Shown here in pieces: positions 40,352 through 49,909 of a DNA stretch of 64,000 nt. Position numbers and translations under genes: made by a program. The notes beneath the pieces were generated by a model. That model worked only from the letters and a program-made list of their open reading frames with translations, had not been told where the DNA came from and ran no database searches. The stretch is from an uncultured Alphaproteobacteria bacterium. GTDB taxonomy: Bacteria > Pseudomonadota > Alphaproteobacteria > Rhodobacterales > Rhodobacteraceae. The stretch is from assembly GCA_929200255.1 (NCBI GenBank), contig CAKMYZ010000002.1, positions 262,854-326,853 on the forward strand. The letters are read 5' to 3'. Positions within the stretch are counted from its first letter, which is position 1. The number at the start of each line of letters is the position of its first letter.

Positions 40352-40377
40352 GTAAGGTGGATCATGATCCACCTTAC
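40352..40377. repeat. REP-like palindrome copy 3 (GTAAGGTGGATCATGATCCACCTTAC)
   Basis: Perfect 26-nt palindrome between the irr stop (40381) and the RayT-like start. Confidence 0.85.
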
Positions 40378-40380
40378 TGA

Positions 40381-40797
40381 TCAGGTCCGTCGCAACCTGA
40401 TCACAACGTCAACCGATGCAATCTCTGCGCCGTCCGGTGCATCGGGCAGATGCCTGATCTCCAATTGATCCGCAGGCGCGTCGGTCAACTTTGCACTGTC
40501 TTCCCAGTAGAAATGCGGGTGATCCGTCATATTGGTATCAAAATAGCTCTTTGAGCCATCGACCGTGATTTCCCGCATCAGACCTGCATCACAAAAGGCG
40601 CGCAAGGTATTGTAGACCGTAGCAAGTGAAACTTTCTCATCCGTATCGAAGGCTGCATCAAACAGGCTTTCGGCCGTGACATGTCGATCCTGACCATCAC
40701 CAACAAGCAACGTCGCCAGCGTCATCCGCTGCCGTGTCGGGCGCAATCCTGCACCGGCAAGCCAATCTGCGCTGCGCTGTGTTTCGCTCTGGGTCAT
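40381..40797 (-). CDS. irr: Fur-family iron response regulator Irr
   Basis: 138-aa Fur-fold (LRPTRQR, SLATVYNTL); divergent from fabA as in many alphaproteobacteria. Confidence 0.7.
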   Translation of the reverse strand: MTQSETQRSADWLAGAGLRPTRQRMTLATLLVGDGQDRHVTAESLFDAAFDTDEKVSLATVYNTLRAFCDAGLMREITVDGSKSYFDTNMTDHPHFYWEDSAKLTDAPADQLEIRHLPDAPDGAEIASVDVVIRLRRT

Positions 40798-40949
40798 GGT
40801 CGCTCTTCTGCTGCCTTACGGTGCCATTCATATGGGAACTTGGGGGTTATGATCAAATAAAAACACGCCGCAAACCGGCGGACTTGCTCTCACAAAGCGC
40901 CGGGTGCTAGAGGTCAGGCAACGCAGTCAACAACAATGAGGCCAGTGTA

Positions 40950-41459
40950 ATGGCGGATTATCCCACAAGTTTTGACAAAGAAGGCCTGCTCAAATGTGCC
41001 CGCGGAGAGCTGTTTGGCGCAGGTAACGCGCAGCTTCCAGCCCCGCCTATGCTGATGATGGACCGGATCACCGACATCTCGGGCGATGGTGGGTTGCATG
41101 ACAAGGGTCATGTGGTGGCCGAGTTTGATATCACCCCTGATCTGTGGTTCTTTGAATGTCATTTCCCCGGCAACCCGATCATGCCCGGCTGTCTGGGCCT
41201 TGATGGGCTGTGGCAGTTGACCGGCTTCAACCTGGGCTGGCGCGGCTGGCAAGGGCGCGGCTACGCGCTTGGCGTCGGCGAGGTCAAACTGACGGGCATG
41301 GTGCGTCCGGATCGCAAGATGCTGACCTATAAAGTCGATTTCACCAAAGCCATCCAAACCCGCCGCCTGACCATGGGCGTGGCTAACGGGATTGTTGAGG
41401 CCGACGGTGAGGTCATCTATCAAGTCACCGATATGAAGGTTGCGTTGTCCGAAAACTAG
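40950..41459 (+). CDS. fabA: 3-hydroxydecanoyl-ACP dehydratase/isomerase
   Basis: 169 aa, [19 protein letters not shown] active-site region. Confidence 0.9.
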   Translation: MADYPTSFDKEGLLKCARGELFGAGNAQLPAPPMLMMDRITDISGDGGLHDKGHVVAEFDITPDLWFFECHFPGNPIMPGCLGLDGLWQLTGFNLGWRGWQGRGYALGVGEVKLTGMVRPDRKMLTYKVDFTKAIQTRRLTMGVANGIVEADGEVIYQVTDMKVALSEN

Positions 41460-41496
41460 GCCACCAATCTACGACGAACATGAAGGAGAGGTGCCT

Positions 41497-42726
41497 ATGC
41501 GCCGTGTTGTTGTCACCGGTCTCGGGATCGTGTCACCCATCGGAAACAATGCTGATGAGGTTCTGGCGTCATTGAAAGCTGGGAAATCCGGGATCGAATC
41601 CTCGCCTGAAATGGTCGAGCATGGGTTCCGCAGCCAGATCGCGGGCACGCTCAAAATCGACATCACAGAACATGTCGACAAGCGTACCTTGCGCTTCATG
41701 GGGCCGGGCGCGGCTTACGCGCATATCGCCATGGGACAGGCTATTGCGGACGCGGGGCTGGATGAGGATCAGATCGTGAACCCGATGACGGGCCTCATTG
41801 CAGGGTCTGGCGGGCCGTCCACCTCTGCAACTTTAGCGGCCCATGAAGTGGTCAAGAGCACTGGCGCGACCAAACGCATCGGCCCCTTTGCCGTGCCAAA
41901 GGCGATGTCATCCACCGTCAGCGCAAACCTTGCGACGGCCTATAAGATCAAAGGCATGAACTTTTCGATTACCTCTGCGTGTTCGACATCTCTGCACTGC
42001 ATTGGCATGGCCGCCCAGCAAATCGCCTTGGGCACCCAAGATACGATGTTCGCCGGTGGCGGTGAGGAACTTGACTGGACCTTGTCGTGTCTCTTTGACG
42101 CCATGGGCGCCATGTCGTCGAAATACAATGACACACCAGAGCGGGCAAGCCGCGCCTTTGACGCCGACCGCGACGGGTTTGTGATTGCGGGTGGCGGTGC
42201 GATGGTTGTGCTTGAAAGCTTGGAAAGCGCACAGGCACGTGGGGCCAAGATTTATGCCGAAGTGACCGGCTTTGCGGCCACATCCGACGGCGCTGACATG
42301 GTCGCGCCCTCCGGTGAAGGCGGCGAGCGGGCGATGCGCGGCGCGTTGAAAACCCTGCCTGCTGATCGCAAGGTCAGCTATATCAACGCCCATGGCACCT
42401 CGACGCCGGTTGGCGACGTGGGTGAGGTTGAGGCCGTGCGCCGGGTCTTTGGCGAAGGCACCACACCGCCGATCAGCTCTACCAAATCCATGACGGGCCA
42501 CAGCCAAGGGGCCACCGGCGCGCAAGAGGCCGTCTATTGCCTGCTGATGTTGCAGGATGATTTCATTGTGCCTTCGATCAACGTCGAAAACCTCGACCCG
42601 GCACTGAACCCCGAAGAAATCGCAACTGAGCTGGTTGAGGATGCGGGCCTTGATACGGTGATGACAAATTCGTTCGGGTTTGGCGGCACCAACGGCTCCA
42701 TGCTGCTGTCGAAATTCAAAGGGTAG
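41497..42726 (+). CDS. fabB: beta-ketoacyl-ACP synthase I
   Basis: KAS motifs (ITSACSTS, NAHGTSTP, NSFGFGGTN); ATG 41497 preceded by GAAGGAGAGG. Confidence 0.9.
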   Translation: MRRVVVTGLGIVSPIGNNADEVLASLKAGKSGIESSPEMVEHGFRSQIAGTLKIDITEHVDKRTLRFMGPGAAYAHIAMGQAIADAGLDEDQIVNPMTGLIAGSGGPSTSATLAAHEVVKSTGATKRIGPFAVPKAMSSTVSANLATAYKIKGMNFSITSACSTSLHCIGMAAQQIALGTQDTMFAGGGEELDWTLSCLFDAMGAMSSKYNDTPERASRAFDADRDGFVIAGGGAMVVLESLESAQARGAKIYAEVTGFAATSDGADMVAPSGEGGERAMRGALKTLPADRKVSYINAHGTSTPVGDVGEVEAVRRVFGEGTTPPISSTKSMTGHSQGATGAQEAVYCLLMLQDDFIVPSINVENLDPALNPEEIATELVEDAGLDTVMTNSFGFGGTNGSMLLSKFKG

Positions 42727-42731
42727 ACGTG

Positions 42732-43523
42732 ATGACAATCTCGATGAAGGGCAAACGCGGGCTGATCATGGGTGTGGCCAACGAACGGTCCATCGCATGG
42801 GGGATCGCCAAGGCCATGGCAGAAGCCGGCGCGGAACTTGCGTTCACCTATCAGGGCGAAGCATTTGGGAAACGTCTGGAACCATTGGCACAATCGGTAG
42901 GGTCAGACATCATGGTGGATGTTGATGTCACCGATGATACCAGCATGGACACGGCCTTTGCCACGCTCAAGGATCGCTGGGGCAGCCTGGATTTCGTAGT
43001 GCATGCCATCGCCTTTTCCGACAAGAACGAACTGACCGGGCGCTTTATCAACACCAGTCGCGACAACTTCAAAAACTCGCTGGCGATATCGTGCTATTCA
43101 TTTATCGACGTGGCCAACCGCGCGTCACAAATGATGCCCGATGGCGGTACACTGCTGACGCTGACCTATCAGGGCTCCAACCGCGTCACCCCATTTTACA
43201 ATGTCATGGGGGTGGCCAAAGCCGCACTAGAATCGGCCACCCGCTATCTGGCCAACGACCTTGGCCCGCAAGGTATCCGTGTGAACGCGATCAGCCCCGG
43301 CCCGATGAAGACGCTGGCTGGGGCCGCCATTGGCGGCGCGCGCAAGACCTACAAGCATACAGATCAGAATGCGCCCATGCGATCCAATGCGACCCTTGAG
43401 GCAGTGGGCGGCACCGCCGTCTATCTGGCCTCAGATGCTGGTGCCTGCACAACGGGAGAGATCATCCGCGTTGACGGTGGGTTCCACGTGCTGGGGATGC
43501 CCCAGCCAGAGCATTTGGGCTAG
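42732..43523 (+). CDS. fabI: enoyl-ACP reductase
   Basis: LIMGVANERSIAWGIA glycine-rich start, SDR FabI pattern (Y..MGVAKAALE). Confidence 0.9.
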   Translation: MTISMKGKRGLIMGVANERSIAWGIAKAMAEAGAELAFTYQGEAFGKRLEPLAQSVGSDIMVDVDVTDDTSMDTAFATLKDRWGSLDFVVHAIAFSDKNELTGRFINTSRDNFKNSLAISCYSFIDVANRASQMMPDGGTLLTLTYQGSNRVTPFYNVMGVAKAALESATRYLANDLGPQGIRVNAISPGPMKTLAGAAIGGARKTYKHTDQNAPMRSNATLEAVGGTAVYLASDAGACTTGEIIRVDGGFHVLGMPQPEHLG

Positions 43524-43692
43524 GAAAGATGCCGTACTGACAGGTATCCTCCGTGGTGAGGGCTGATCTTTGGTGGGGGCAATCACTGTATTGCCCAACC
43601 GCGATTGGATTGAGTAGAGGTAGTTGAGCGAACGACCATCATGTCCGATGGCATGCCTACCTTTGAAATGCGATCTTCCAGGCACACTCAGC

Positions 43693-44700
43693 TTAACCTG
43701 ATTTACACCAACGCGATTGAGCTGCCTGAATTGTAAGCCTTGCCTCACGATAGATTTCTTCGACAATCTCGGCAGCAGATTGTGGGCTTCGGACTTGTGA
43801 CACACCCTGTCCAGACCAAAGAGACATGGCGGCGATGTCGCCTGTTGTATGCGGCCCTGGCGTATGACTTTGGTATCGCATCACAGCGTCGCCATTTGCC
43901 TGGCGCCCAACGGTTTCACCCTCTCCGGGACGTTGGCCTGGGTCAGGTCCGCCTGCGGCCTCCCAAGTCCTTGAGGTTTCATTCATCAAAGCCCGGTGAG
44001 GTGCGTTTGGCCAAAAACCATTGTAAAGCTCGCTAGCCCATTGGGTTTGGTCCTCGCTCGCGTCAAAAATCATCTGTCGGTATTCGGGGTGGATCGTCGC
44101 CTCATGGCTGGCTAAGAACCTCGTCCCTATCCAGACACCAGACGCGCCAAGCATCAAAGCTGCCGCCATGGCACGACCGTCCGAAATCCCCCCTGCAGCG
44201 ACCACGGGAACATTCACTGCGTCAACGACGGCGGGAACCAATGCCATGCTTGCCACCTGTCCCCAAACATGTCCGCCGGCTTCCCAACCTTGAGCGACGA
44301 TAACATCTGCACCAGCATCCGCGGCAATCTTCGCTTCTTGGGCGTTACCAACAGTCGAAAAAACTAAAAGCCCGCCATGCTTGGCCTTTTCTATGTAGTC
44401 GGGTTTGACGCCCCAGAACAATGAAACCGCGCATACCTCTTGGTCAACACATGCCTGCAACTCCTCTTCCCGACAGAAGTCCATGTTCAAATTTACGGCG
44501 AAATTCCGATCCGTCAGAGCGCGAACTGCTGCAATCCCGCTGTGAACCAGCTCTGCGCCGCCGCTCCAAAGCGGAATAGTCCCAAAGCCCCCCGCCTCTG
44601 ACACCGCTGCCGTCATGGCCGGACCGGTTGCCCCCCCTAGGGGTGCGGAAACGATTGGAATATTAATGCCAAGTATGTCGCAGAGTTCTTTTTCCAACAT
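43693..44700 (-). CDS. nitronate monooxygenase (NMO/2-nitropropane dioxygenase family)
   Basis: IPIVSAPLGG start, FMN-binding TIM-barrel pattern (VIVAQGWEAGGH, PVVAAGGI); ATG 44700 has GGAGG upstream. Confidence 0.8.
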   Translation of the reverse strand: MLEKELCDILGINIPIVSAPLGGATGPAMTAAVSEAGGFGTIPLWSGGAELVHSGIAAVRALTDRNFAVNLNMDFCREEELQACVDQEVCAVSLFWGVKPDYIEKAKHGGLLVFSTVGNAQEAKIAADAGADVIVAQGWEAGGHVWGQVASMALVPAVVDAVNVPVVAAGGISDGRAMAAALMLGASGVWIGTRFLASHEATIHPEYRQMIFDASEDQTQWASELYNGFWPNAPHRALMNETSRTWEAAGGPDPGQRPGEGETVGRQANGDAVMRYQSHTPGPHTTGDIAAMSLWSGQGVSQVRSPQSAAEIVEEIYREARLTIQAAQSRWCKSG

Positions 44701-44846
44701 GACCTCCTCGGGTAAAGTGGTTGTCATCTATCTGATCTAAGTTCAGGAAACCTTGCAGACATTCAAGCACGGCGAAGAATTCTGCACTCAGAACTCAATG
44801 CCGCCATCGCTCCAGCAACATCCCAATCAATCGACCAACATGCAGT

Positions 44847-45281
44847 CTACCCCGCATCGATCCCCATGATCTCAATCGCAAAGTTCAGGTCTTTGCCTGC
44901 CAGCGGGTGGTTGGCGTCCAAAGTCACTTCGGTCTCTGACACCTCGGCCACCGTCACCGGCACCACCTGCCCCTGCGGCGTTTGCATCTGCAATTGCGTG
45001 CCAACCTCTACTGGGATTTCCGCTGGGATTTGTTCGCGTGGGACCGCTTGGCGGGCATCTGGGTTGCTTTCACCGTAGGCTTGGGCACACGGTACATTCA
45101 CGTCCTTCTTGTCGCCCACCACCATGCCGGGGATCGCAGCGTCGAGGCCCGCGATAATCTGGCCAGAACCAACAACAAATTCCAGCGGGTCGCGCCCTTG
45201 GGAACTGTCGAACACCTCACCACTGTCCAAAGTACCGGTGTAGTTGATGCGTACGGTGTCGCCTGCTTTTGCTACGCTCAT
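44847..45281 (-). CDS. FKBP-type peptidyl-prolyl cis-trans isomerase (SlyD-like, insert-in-flap type)
   Basis: GDTVRINYTGTLDSGEVFDSS...LEFVVG, HPLAGKDL; ATG 45281 with AAGGA upstream. Confidence 0.85.
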   Translation of the reverse strand: MSVAKAGDTVRINYTGTLDSGEVFDSSQGRDPLEFVVGSGQIIAGLDAAIPGMVVGDKKDVNVPCAQAYGESNPDARQAVPREQIPAEIPVEVGTQLQMQTPQGQVVPVTVAEVSETEVTLDANHPLAGKDLNFAIEIMGIDAG

Positions 45282-45407
45282 CGCGTTATCCTTCGTCATT
45301 TCTGAATTTTGCCGGACGCTACGTGGTGCGGCCCCCGGTTGCAAACGCTTTGCCCCTTTTCGCCGCCTCCTGCCCATGACAGGGTAAGCGCAGCAATGGA
45401 GAACGCA

Positions 45408-46085
45408 ATGCCAGTGACCACCTATATTTTTGATGCCTACGGCACATTGCTTGACGTGAACGCCGCCGCAGCCAAGGCCGCGAAAGAGCCTGCACATGCC
45501 GCATTGGCTGATGTCTGGCCCGCCTTGGCGCGCGATTGGCGGCTCAAGCAGTTGCAATACACCTGGCTGCGGGCCGTCGCGCACCGGCATTGTGATTTCT
45601 GGCAGGTCACGCAGGACGGGCTGGATTGGGCGATGGCAGCGCATGGGCTGACCAGTGACACGACCCGAACCCGCCTGCTCGAGCTTTACTGGGAGCTTGC
45701 AGCCTACCCGGAAGTCCCCGAAATGCTGTCGGCGCTCAAGACTGCGGGCAAAGCGACCGCGATCCTGTCGAACGGATCTCCTGATATGCTGAACGGGGCG
45801 GTCACATCCGCAGGGATCGCCGATGATCTGGACGCGGTGTTAAGCGTCGAAGACGTGGGCGTCTTCAAACCAGCCGACCGCGTTTATGACATGGTGGGCG
45901 CGCATTTCGGCTGCGACAAGGATGAGGTGCTGTTTGTTTCATCCAACGGATGGGATGCTGCAGGGGCTGCTGGGTACGGTTTTCAGACCGCCTGGGTGAA
46001 CCGCGCGAATGAACCGATGGACAAGTTATACGCCAAGCCACATCACGTTTTGCCGAACCTGACGACAATCCCGGAGTTCACCTGA
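45408..46085 (+). CDS. haloacid dehalogenase type II (HAD superfamily)
   Basis: YIFDAYGTLLDV nucleophile motif, SNGS, SSNGWDAAGA; ATG 45408 with GGAG upstream (alternative ATG 45396). Confidence 0.8.
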   Translation: MPVTTYIFDAYGTLLDVNAAAAKAAKEPAHAALADVWPALARDWRLKQLQYTWLRAVAHRHCDFWQVTQDGLDWAMAAHGLTSDTTRTRLLELYWELAAYPEVPEMLSALKTAGKATAILSNGSPDMLNGAVTSAGIADDLDAVLSVEDVGVFKPADRVYDMVGAHFGCDKDEVLFVSSNGWDAAGAAGYGFQTAWVNRANEPMDKLYAKPHHVLPNLTTIPEFT

Positions 46086-46903
46086 TGCCGCAGTTCACCA
46101 CCCATGATGGGGTCAGGCTGCACTACCTGGATGAAGGGACGGGTTTGCCTGTGATCGCTCTGGCAGGATTAACCAGAAATGGTGCCGATTTTGATCACGT
46201 GGCCCCGCATTTGCCCGTGCGTCTGATACGGCCGGACTATCGTGGGCGGGGGCAATCTGACTGGGCTGATCCTGCGACCTACACTATTCCCCAAGAAGCC
46301 AAAGATACGGTGGCCCTGATGGATCATCTGGGGCTTGAAAAAGCCGCGATTCTTGGCACATCACGCGGCGGGCTGATCGCAATGACGCTGACTGCTACTG
46401 CAAAGCATCGGTTGCTGGGTGTGGCGCTCAACGATATCGGCCCGGTGATTGATGAAAAGGGTCTGGACGTCATCAAAAATTTCATCGGGCGCAATCCGGT
46501 GCAGAAGACCTATGCTGAGGCGGCTAAGGCGCGAGCAAAGCTTTGGGCACATTTCGAAGGCGTGCCGATGGAGCGCTGGCTGGCAGAGGTGCAGGCGCAT
46601 TACGCAGAAACGCCGGACGGTCTCATCATTCGCTACGATCCAAAACTGCGCGATGCGCTGCTTGCGACCAGGGCACAACCTGCGCCGGACCTGTGGCCCT
46701 TGTTTGATGCGCTTGCTAGCTTGCCCCTGGCACTGGTGCGTGGTGAAAATTCGGACCTACTGACCAAAGGCACAGCCGATGAAATGACCCGCCGCAGGCC
46801 CGACATGATCCGGGCCGATGTGTCGGGGCGCGGCCATGTGCCGTTTCTGGATGAACCGCAAGCGCTGGATGCGCTGCATAAATGGGTGGAGCAACTTCAA
46901 TGA
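46085..46903 (+). CDS. alpha/beta hydrolase
   Basis: Nucleophile elbow GTSRGG, 272 aa; TGATG junction with the preceding gene. Confidence 0.7.
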   Translation: MPQFTTHDGVRLHYLDEGTGLPVIALAGLTRNGADFDHVAPHLPVRLIRPDYRGRGQSDWADPATYTIPQEAKDTVALMDHLGLEKAAILGTSRGGLIAMTLTATAKHRLLGVALNDIGPVIDEKGLDVIKNFIGRNPVQKTYAEAAKARAKLWAHFEGVPMERWLAEVQAHYAETPDGLIIRYDPKLRDALLATRAQPAPDLWPLFDALASLPLALVRGENSDLLTKGTADEMTRRRPDMIRADVSGRGHVPFLDEPQALDALHKWVEQLQ

Positions 46904-47871
46904 ACATCGACATGATCCGTGCCGCGGCAGACCGCATCAAGGGCCACGCACGGCGCACGCCAATCCTGACCTCGCCATTTCTGGACGATATTGCCGGGCG
47001 GCGTGTTTTTCTGAAAGCCGAGTGCCTGCAACATACAGGATCGTTCAAATTCCGCGGCGGCTGGTCCGCCGTGTCATCACTGACCGACAACGCGCTCAAG
47101 ACCGGTGTCATCGCCTTCTCCAGCGGCAACCATGCGCAGGGTGTGGCCCTTGCAGCCCGCGAACATGGCGCGCCCGCCGTGATCGTCATGCCCGCCGATG
47201 CTCCCACCGTGAAAATCGAAAACACCCGCGCATTGGGGGCCGAGGTCATACTCTATGATCGCGCGAATGAGGACCGCGATGAGATCGGCGCGAAGCTGTC
47301 AGCTGAACGCGGGCTGACGTTGATTAAGCCCTTTGATGAACCACAGGTCATCGCCGGGCAAGGGACCACAGGATTAGAGATTGCAGAGGACATGAACGCG
47401 CTTGGCGTTTCGCACGCCGATGTGATGGTTTGCTGCGGCGGCGGTGGCCTGACCTCTGGCATAGCCCTTGCCCTGGCTGCTGATGCGCCGGGCCTGCGGG
47501 TGCGACCGGCAGAACCGGAAGAGTTTGACGATGTCACCCGGTCACTGGCCAGTGGCAAAATTGAACGCAACAGCCGGCTGGATGGATCGCTTTGCGATGC
47601 GATCATCACACCGCAACCGGGCGATCTGACCTTTCCGATCATGCAGGCGCACTGCGGCCCCGGTGTGGTGGTCAGTGAAGACGAATGCCTGCGTGCCATG
47701 GCCCTTGCGTTTGAACGGTTGCGGATTGTGGTTGAACCTGGCGGTGCGGCAGCGCTGGCGGCGGCCTTGTTCCACCCTGACGCATTCACGGGCGACGCCG
47801 TGATCGCTGTGGCCACTGGTGGCAACGTCGATGCCACCGTCTTTGCCCGAGCCCTGGAGACCATGAAGTGA
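46900..47871 (+). CDS. PLP-dependent threonine/serine dehydratase family protein
   Basis: PLP-lysine motif HTGSFKFRG, GGGGL loop; ATGA junction. Confidence 0.8.
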   Translation: MNIDMIRAAADRIKGHARRTPILTSPFLDDIAGRRVFLKAECLQHTGSFKFRGGWSAVSSLTDNALKTGVIAFSSGNHAQGVALAAREHGAPAVIVMPADAPTVKIENTRALGAEVILYDRANEDRDEIGAKLSAERGLTLIKPFDEPQVIAGQGTTGLEIAEDMNALGVSHADVMVCCGGGGLTSGIALALAADAPGLRVRPAEPEEFDDVTRSLASGKIERNSRLDGSLCDAIITPQPGDLTFPIMQAHCGPGVVVSEDECLRAMALAFERLRIVVEPGGAAALAAALFHPDAFTGDAVIAVATGGNVDATVFARALETMK

Positions 47872-49067
47872 CCCGTTTCACCATCGCCAGTTTCAACGTC
47901 AAAAACCTGATCGAGGCCGATCAGGAATATTACCGCTTCGAAAAATACACTCCCGAAGAATACGCATGGAAACGCGCATGGCTGGCCGATCAGCTGCTGA
48001 CGATGAATGCGGATGTCGTCTGCTTTCAGGAAATTTTCAGCGAGGCCGCATTGCGTGATGTGGTGATTGAAACGGACGAACTGGGACAGGCCGCAAATGA
48101 GGCGGTGATCCCCGACCGTTCCAAACGCTATGCCCGCAAGGCGATTTTTCGCAAACTGGCCTTTGAACCCTATACCGAGGCGGCGTTGGCCTTTGCCCCC
48201 AACAGCTTTGACGGTGGCCCGGGCCAACGCCGCCCCGGCGTCGCGATCCTGTCGCGGTTTGGCTTTGCCGAACCGCCAGAGGTGTTGCAGGATTTGGATG
48301 AGCCGCTGGATATCCCGTTCCGTGATCTGGACGGCAGCGATGGCGGTAGCTACCGGGTGTCCCGCCTGAGCCGGCCAATCATGAAGGCACGCATCCCGGT
48401 GGGGGGTACGGTGGTCACGGTCTTTAACTGCCACCTGAAATCTAAACTGGGCGAGTTGGAACGCCCTGATGGCGCGCCCTTCCCGCCTGCCGCTGATCTG
48501 GTGAATTACGATCCCGCCGCCCGCGCCATGGGGTCGCTGCGGTCAGCCCTGCGCCGCATGGCAGAGGCCTGGGTGCTGCGGTCCGCTATTCTGAAGGAAC
48601 TGAAAGCAGGCCGCCCGGTCATGGTACTGGGCGATTTCAACGACAGCGAACATGCGGTGTCCTCCGAAATTATCACCGGCGAAGTCCCGTTCAAGAACTA
48701 TGCCTGGATGCGCAAACATGACGCACAGACGCCGCGCGATCGCTACTCCGATGATGAGAATGAGATCATTCAGGAACAGATCAACAAAGTCCGCCTGTTC
48801 TCAGCGGAAAAGCTGTTCGTGAAACGATCCCTGCGCGACATGGTCTATACGGCTGCCTTTGGCGGGGTGTTCGAAAGCATCGACCAGATCCTGATGTCAC
48901 GCCACTTCACTGGCGACGATGATGGAATTGGCGAGATGGAGTATTTCAGTGTCCTGAACGACCACCTGACGGACGGATCCCACCCAGAGGCACCATATAA
49001 CAAGCTCGCCTCGGACCATGGGCAGATCATGGCGCATATGGTCATTGATGACGACGAGGATGACTGA
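47868..49067 (+). CDS. endonuclease/exonuclease/phosphatase (EEP) family protein
   Basis: IASFNVKNL start, CFQE, GDFN, SDH motifs; GTG start overlapping the previous stop (GTGA). Confidence 0.7.
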   Translation: MTRFTIASFNVKNLIEADQEYYRFEKYTPEEYAWKRAWLADQLLTMNADVVCFQEIFSEAALRDVVIETDELGQAANEAVIPDRSKRYARKAIFRKLAFEPYTEAALAFAPNSFDGGPGQRRPGVAILSRFGFAEPPEVLQDLDEPLDIPFRDLDGSDGGSYRVSRLSRPIMKARIPVGGTVVTVFNCHLKSKLGELERPDGAPFPPAADLVNYDPAARAMGSLRSALRRMAEAWVLRSAILKELKAGRPVMVLGDFNDSEHAVSSEIITGEVPFKNYAWMRKHDAQTPRDRYSDDENEIIQEQINKVRLFSAEKLFVKRSLRDMVYTAAFGGVFESIDQILMSRHFTGDDDGIGEMEYFSVLNDHLTDGSHPEAPYNKLASDHGQIMAHMVIDDDEDD

Positions 49068-49857
49068 GTATCAGGTTACCAGCCGCGATGGCGTGACCCT
49101 GCACGCACAGGTGGACGGGCCGGATGATGGCCCTGTGATCGTATTCGCCAACGCACTGGGCACAACCCTGCACCTGTGGGATCCGATCATGCCCTATCTG
49201 ACCCCTGGTCTGCGGGTTGTGCGCTATGACAAGCGCGGGCATGGGCGGTCAGATGTGACTGATGCGCCCTATACGATGGGTCAACTGGTCAGCGATGCAG
49301 AGGCGGTTTGCGACGCGCTGAACCTGCGGGATACGCTGTTTGTGGGCCTGTCGGTTGGCGGGATGATCGGTCAGGGGCTAGCCGTCAAACGGCCAGAGAT
49401 CATTCGCGCGCTGGTCCTGTCCAACACGGCGGCCAAAATCGGCAATCCCGAATTTTGGCAAAATCGGATCGACCTGATCCAAAATCAGGGGATGGCGGCT
49501 GCATCAGACGTGGTGATCAAGCGTTGGTTCGGCCGCGCATTCTATGGGACGCCAGCAATGGCACCGTGGAAGACGATGCTTCAGGCGACATCGACGGCGG
49601 GATACAGTGGCGTTTGCGCGGCGATTGCAGGTACTGATTTCTACACCCCTACCAGCGGCCTGCGTATCCCCTTGCTGGGCATCGCAGGATCAGAGGATGC
49701 GTCAACCCCGCCTGATCTGGTCCGCGAAACCGTTGATCTGGTGCCGGGGTCGCAGTTCGCCTTGATCCGCAGAACCGGACATTTGCCCTGCGTCGAGGTG
49801 CCAGAAGCCTATGCCGGGCACATCAACAGTTTCCTTGCGGCGACCGGTCATACCTAA
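49060..49857 (+). CDS. alpha/beta hydrolase (3-oxoadipate enol-lactonase-like)
   Basis: GLSVGG nucleophile elbow, C-terminal GHLPCVE; 8-nt overlap with the EEP gene. Confidence 0.75.
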   Translation: MTEYQVTSRDGVTLHAQVDGPDDGPVIVFANALGTTLHLWDPIMPYLTPGLRVVRYDKRGHGRSDVTDAPYTMGQLVSDAEAVCDALNLRDTLFVGLSVGGMIGQGLAVKRPEIIRALVLSNTAAKIGNPEFWQNRIDLIQNQGMAAASDVVIKRWFGRAFYGTPAMAPWKTMLQATSTAGYSGVCAAIAGTDFYTPTSGLRIPLLGIAGSEDASTPPDLVRETVDLVPGSQFALIRRTGHLPCVEVPEAYAGHINSFLAATGHT

Positions 49858-49909
49858 GTCATGCGCGCAGCCACTTGAAAACTAAACTAAACAGTTTAAT
49901 TCTACGCCG

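Noticed and set aside
43577-43596. GGGCAAT-CACTGT-ATTGCCC hairpin between fabI and the NMO gene
   Set aside because: The 7-bp stem has no flanking U-tract on either strand, so it is at best a weak terminator candidate.
44847-45644. 265-aa extended form of the FKBP ORF
   Set aside because: The upstream 120 codons overlap the HAD gene region on the other strand and look non-coding. ATG 45281 has a good AAGGA site and gives a normal 144-aa FKBP.
47253-48434. 393-aa ORF antisense to the dehydratase and EEP genes
   Set aside because: It is a shadow ORF opposite two motif-bearing genes, with no motifs of its own and biased composition.
49883-49898. TAAACT-N4-AGTTTA inverted repeat upstream of the Tet-like MFS gene
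   Set aside because: The arms are only 6 bp and sit in an AT-rich promoter region, with no TetR-type regulator gene adjacent, so this could easily arise by chance.
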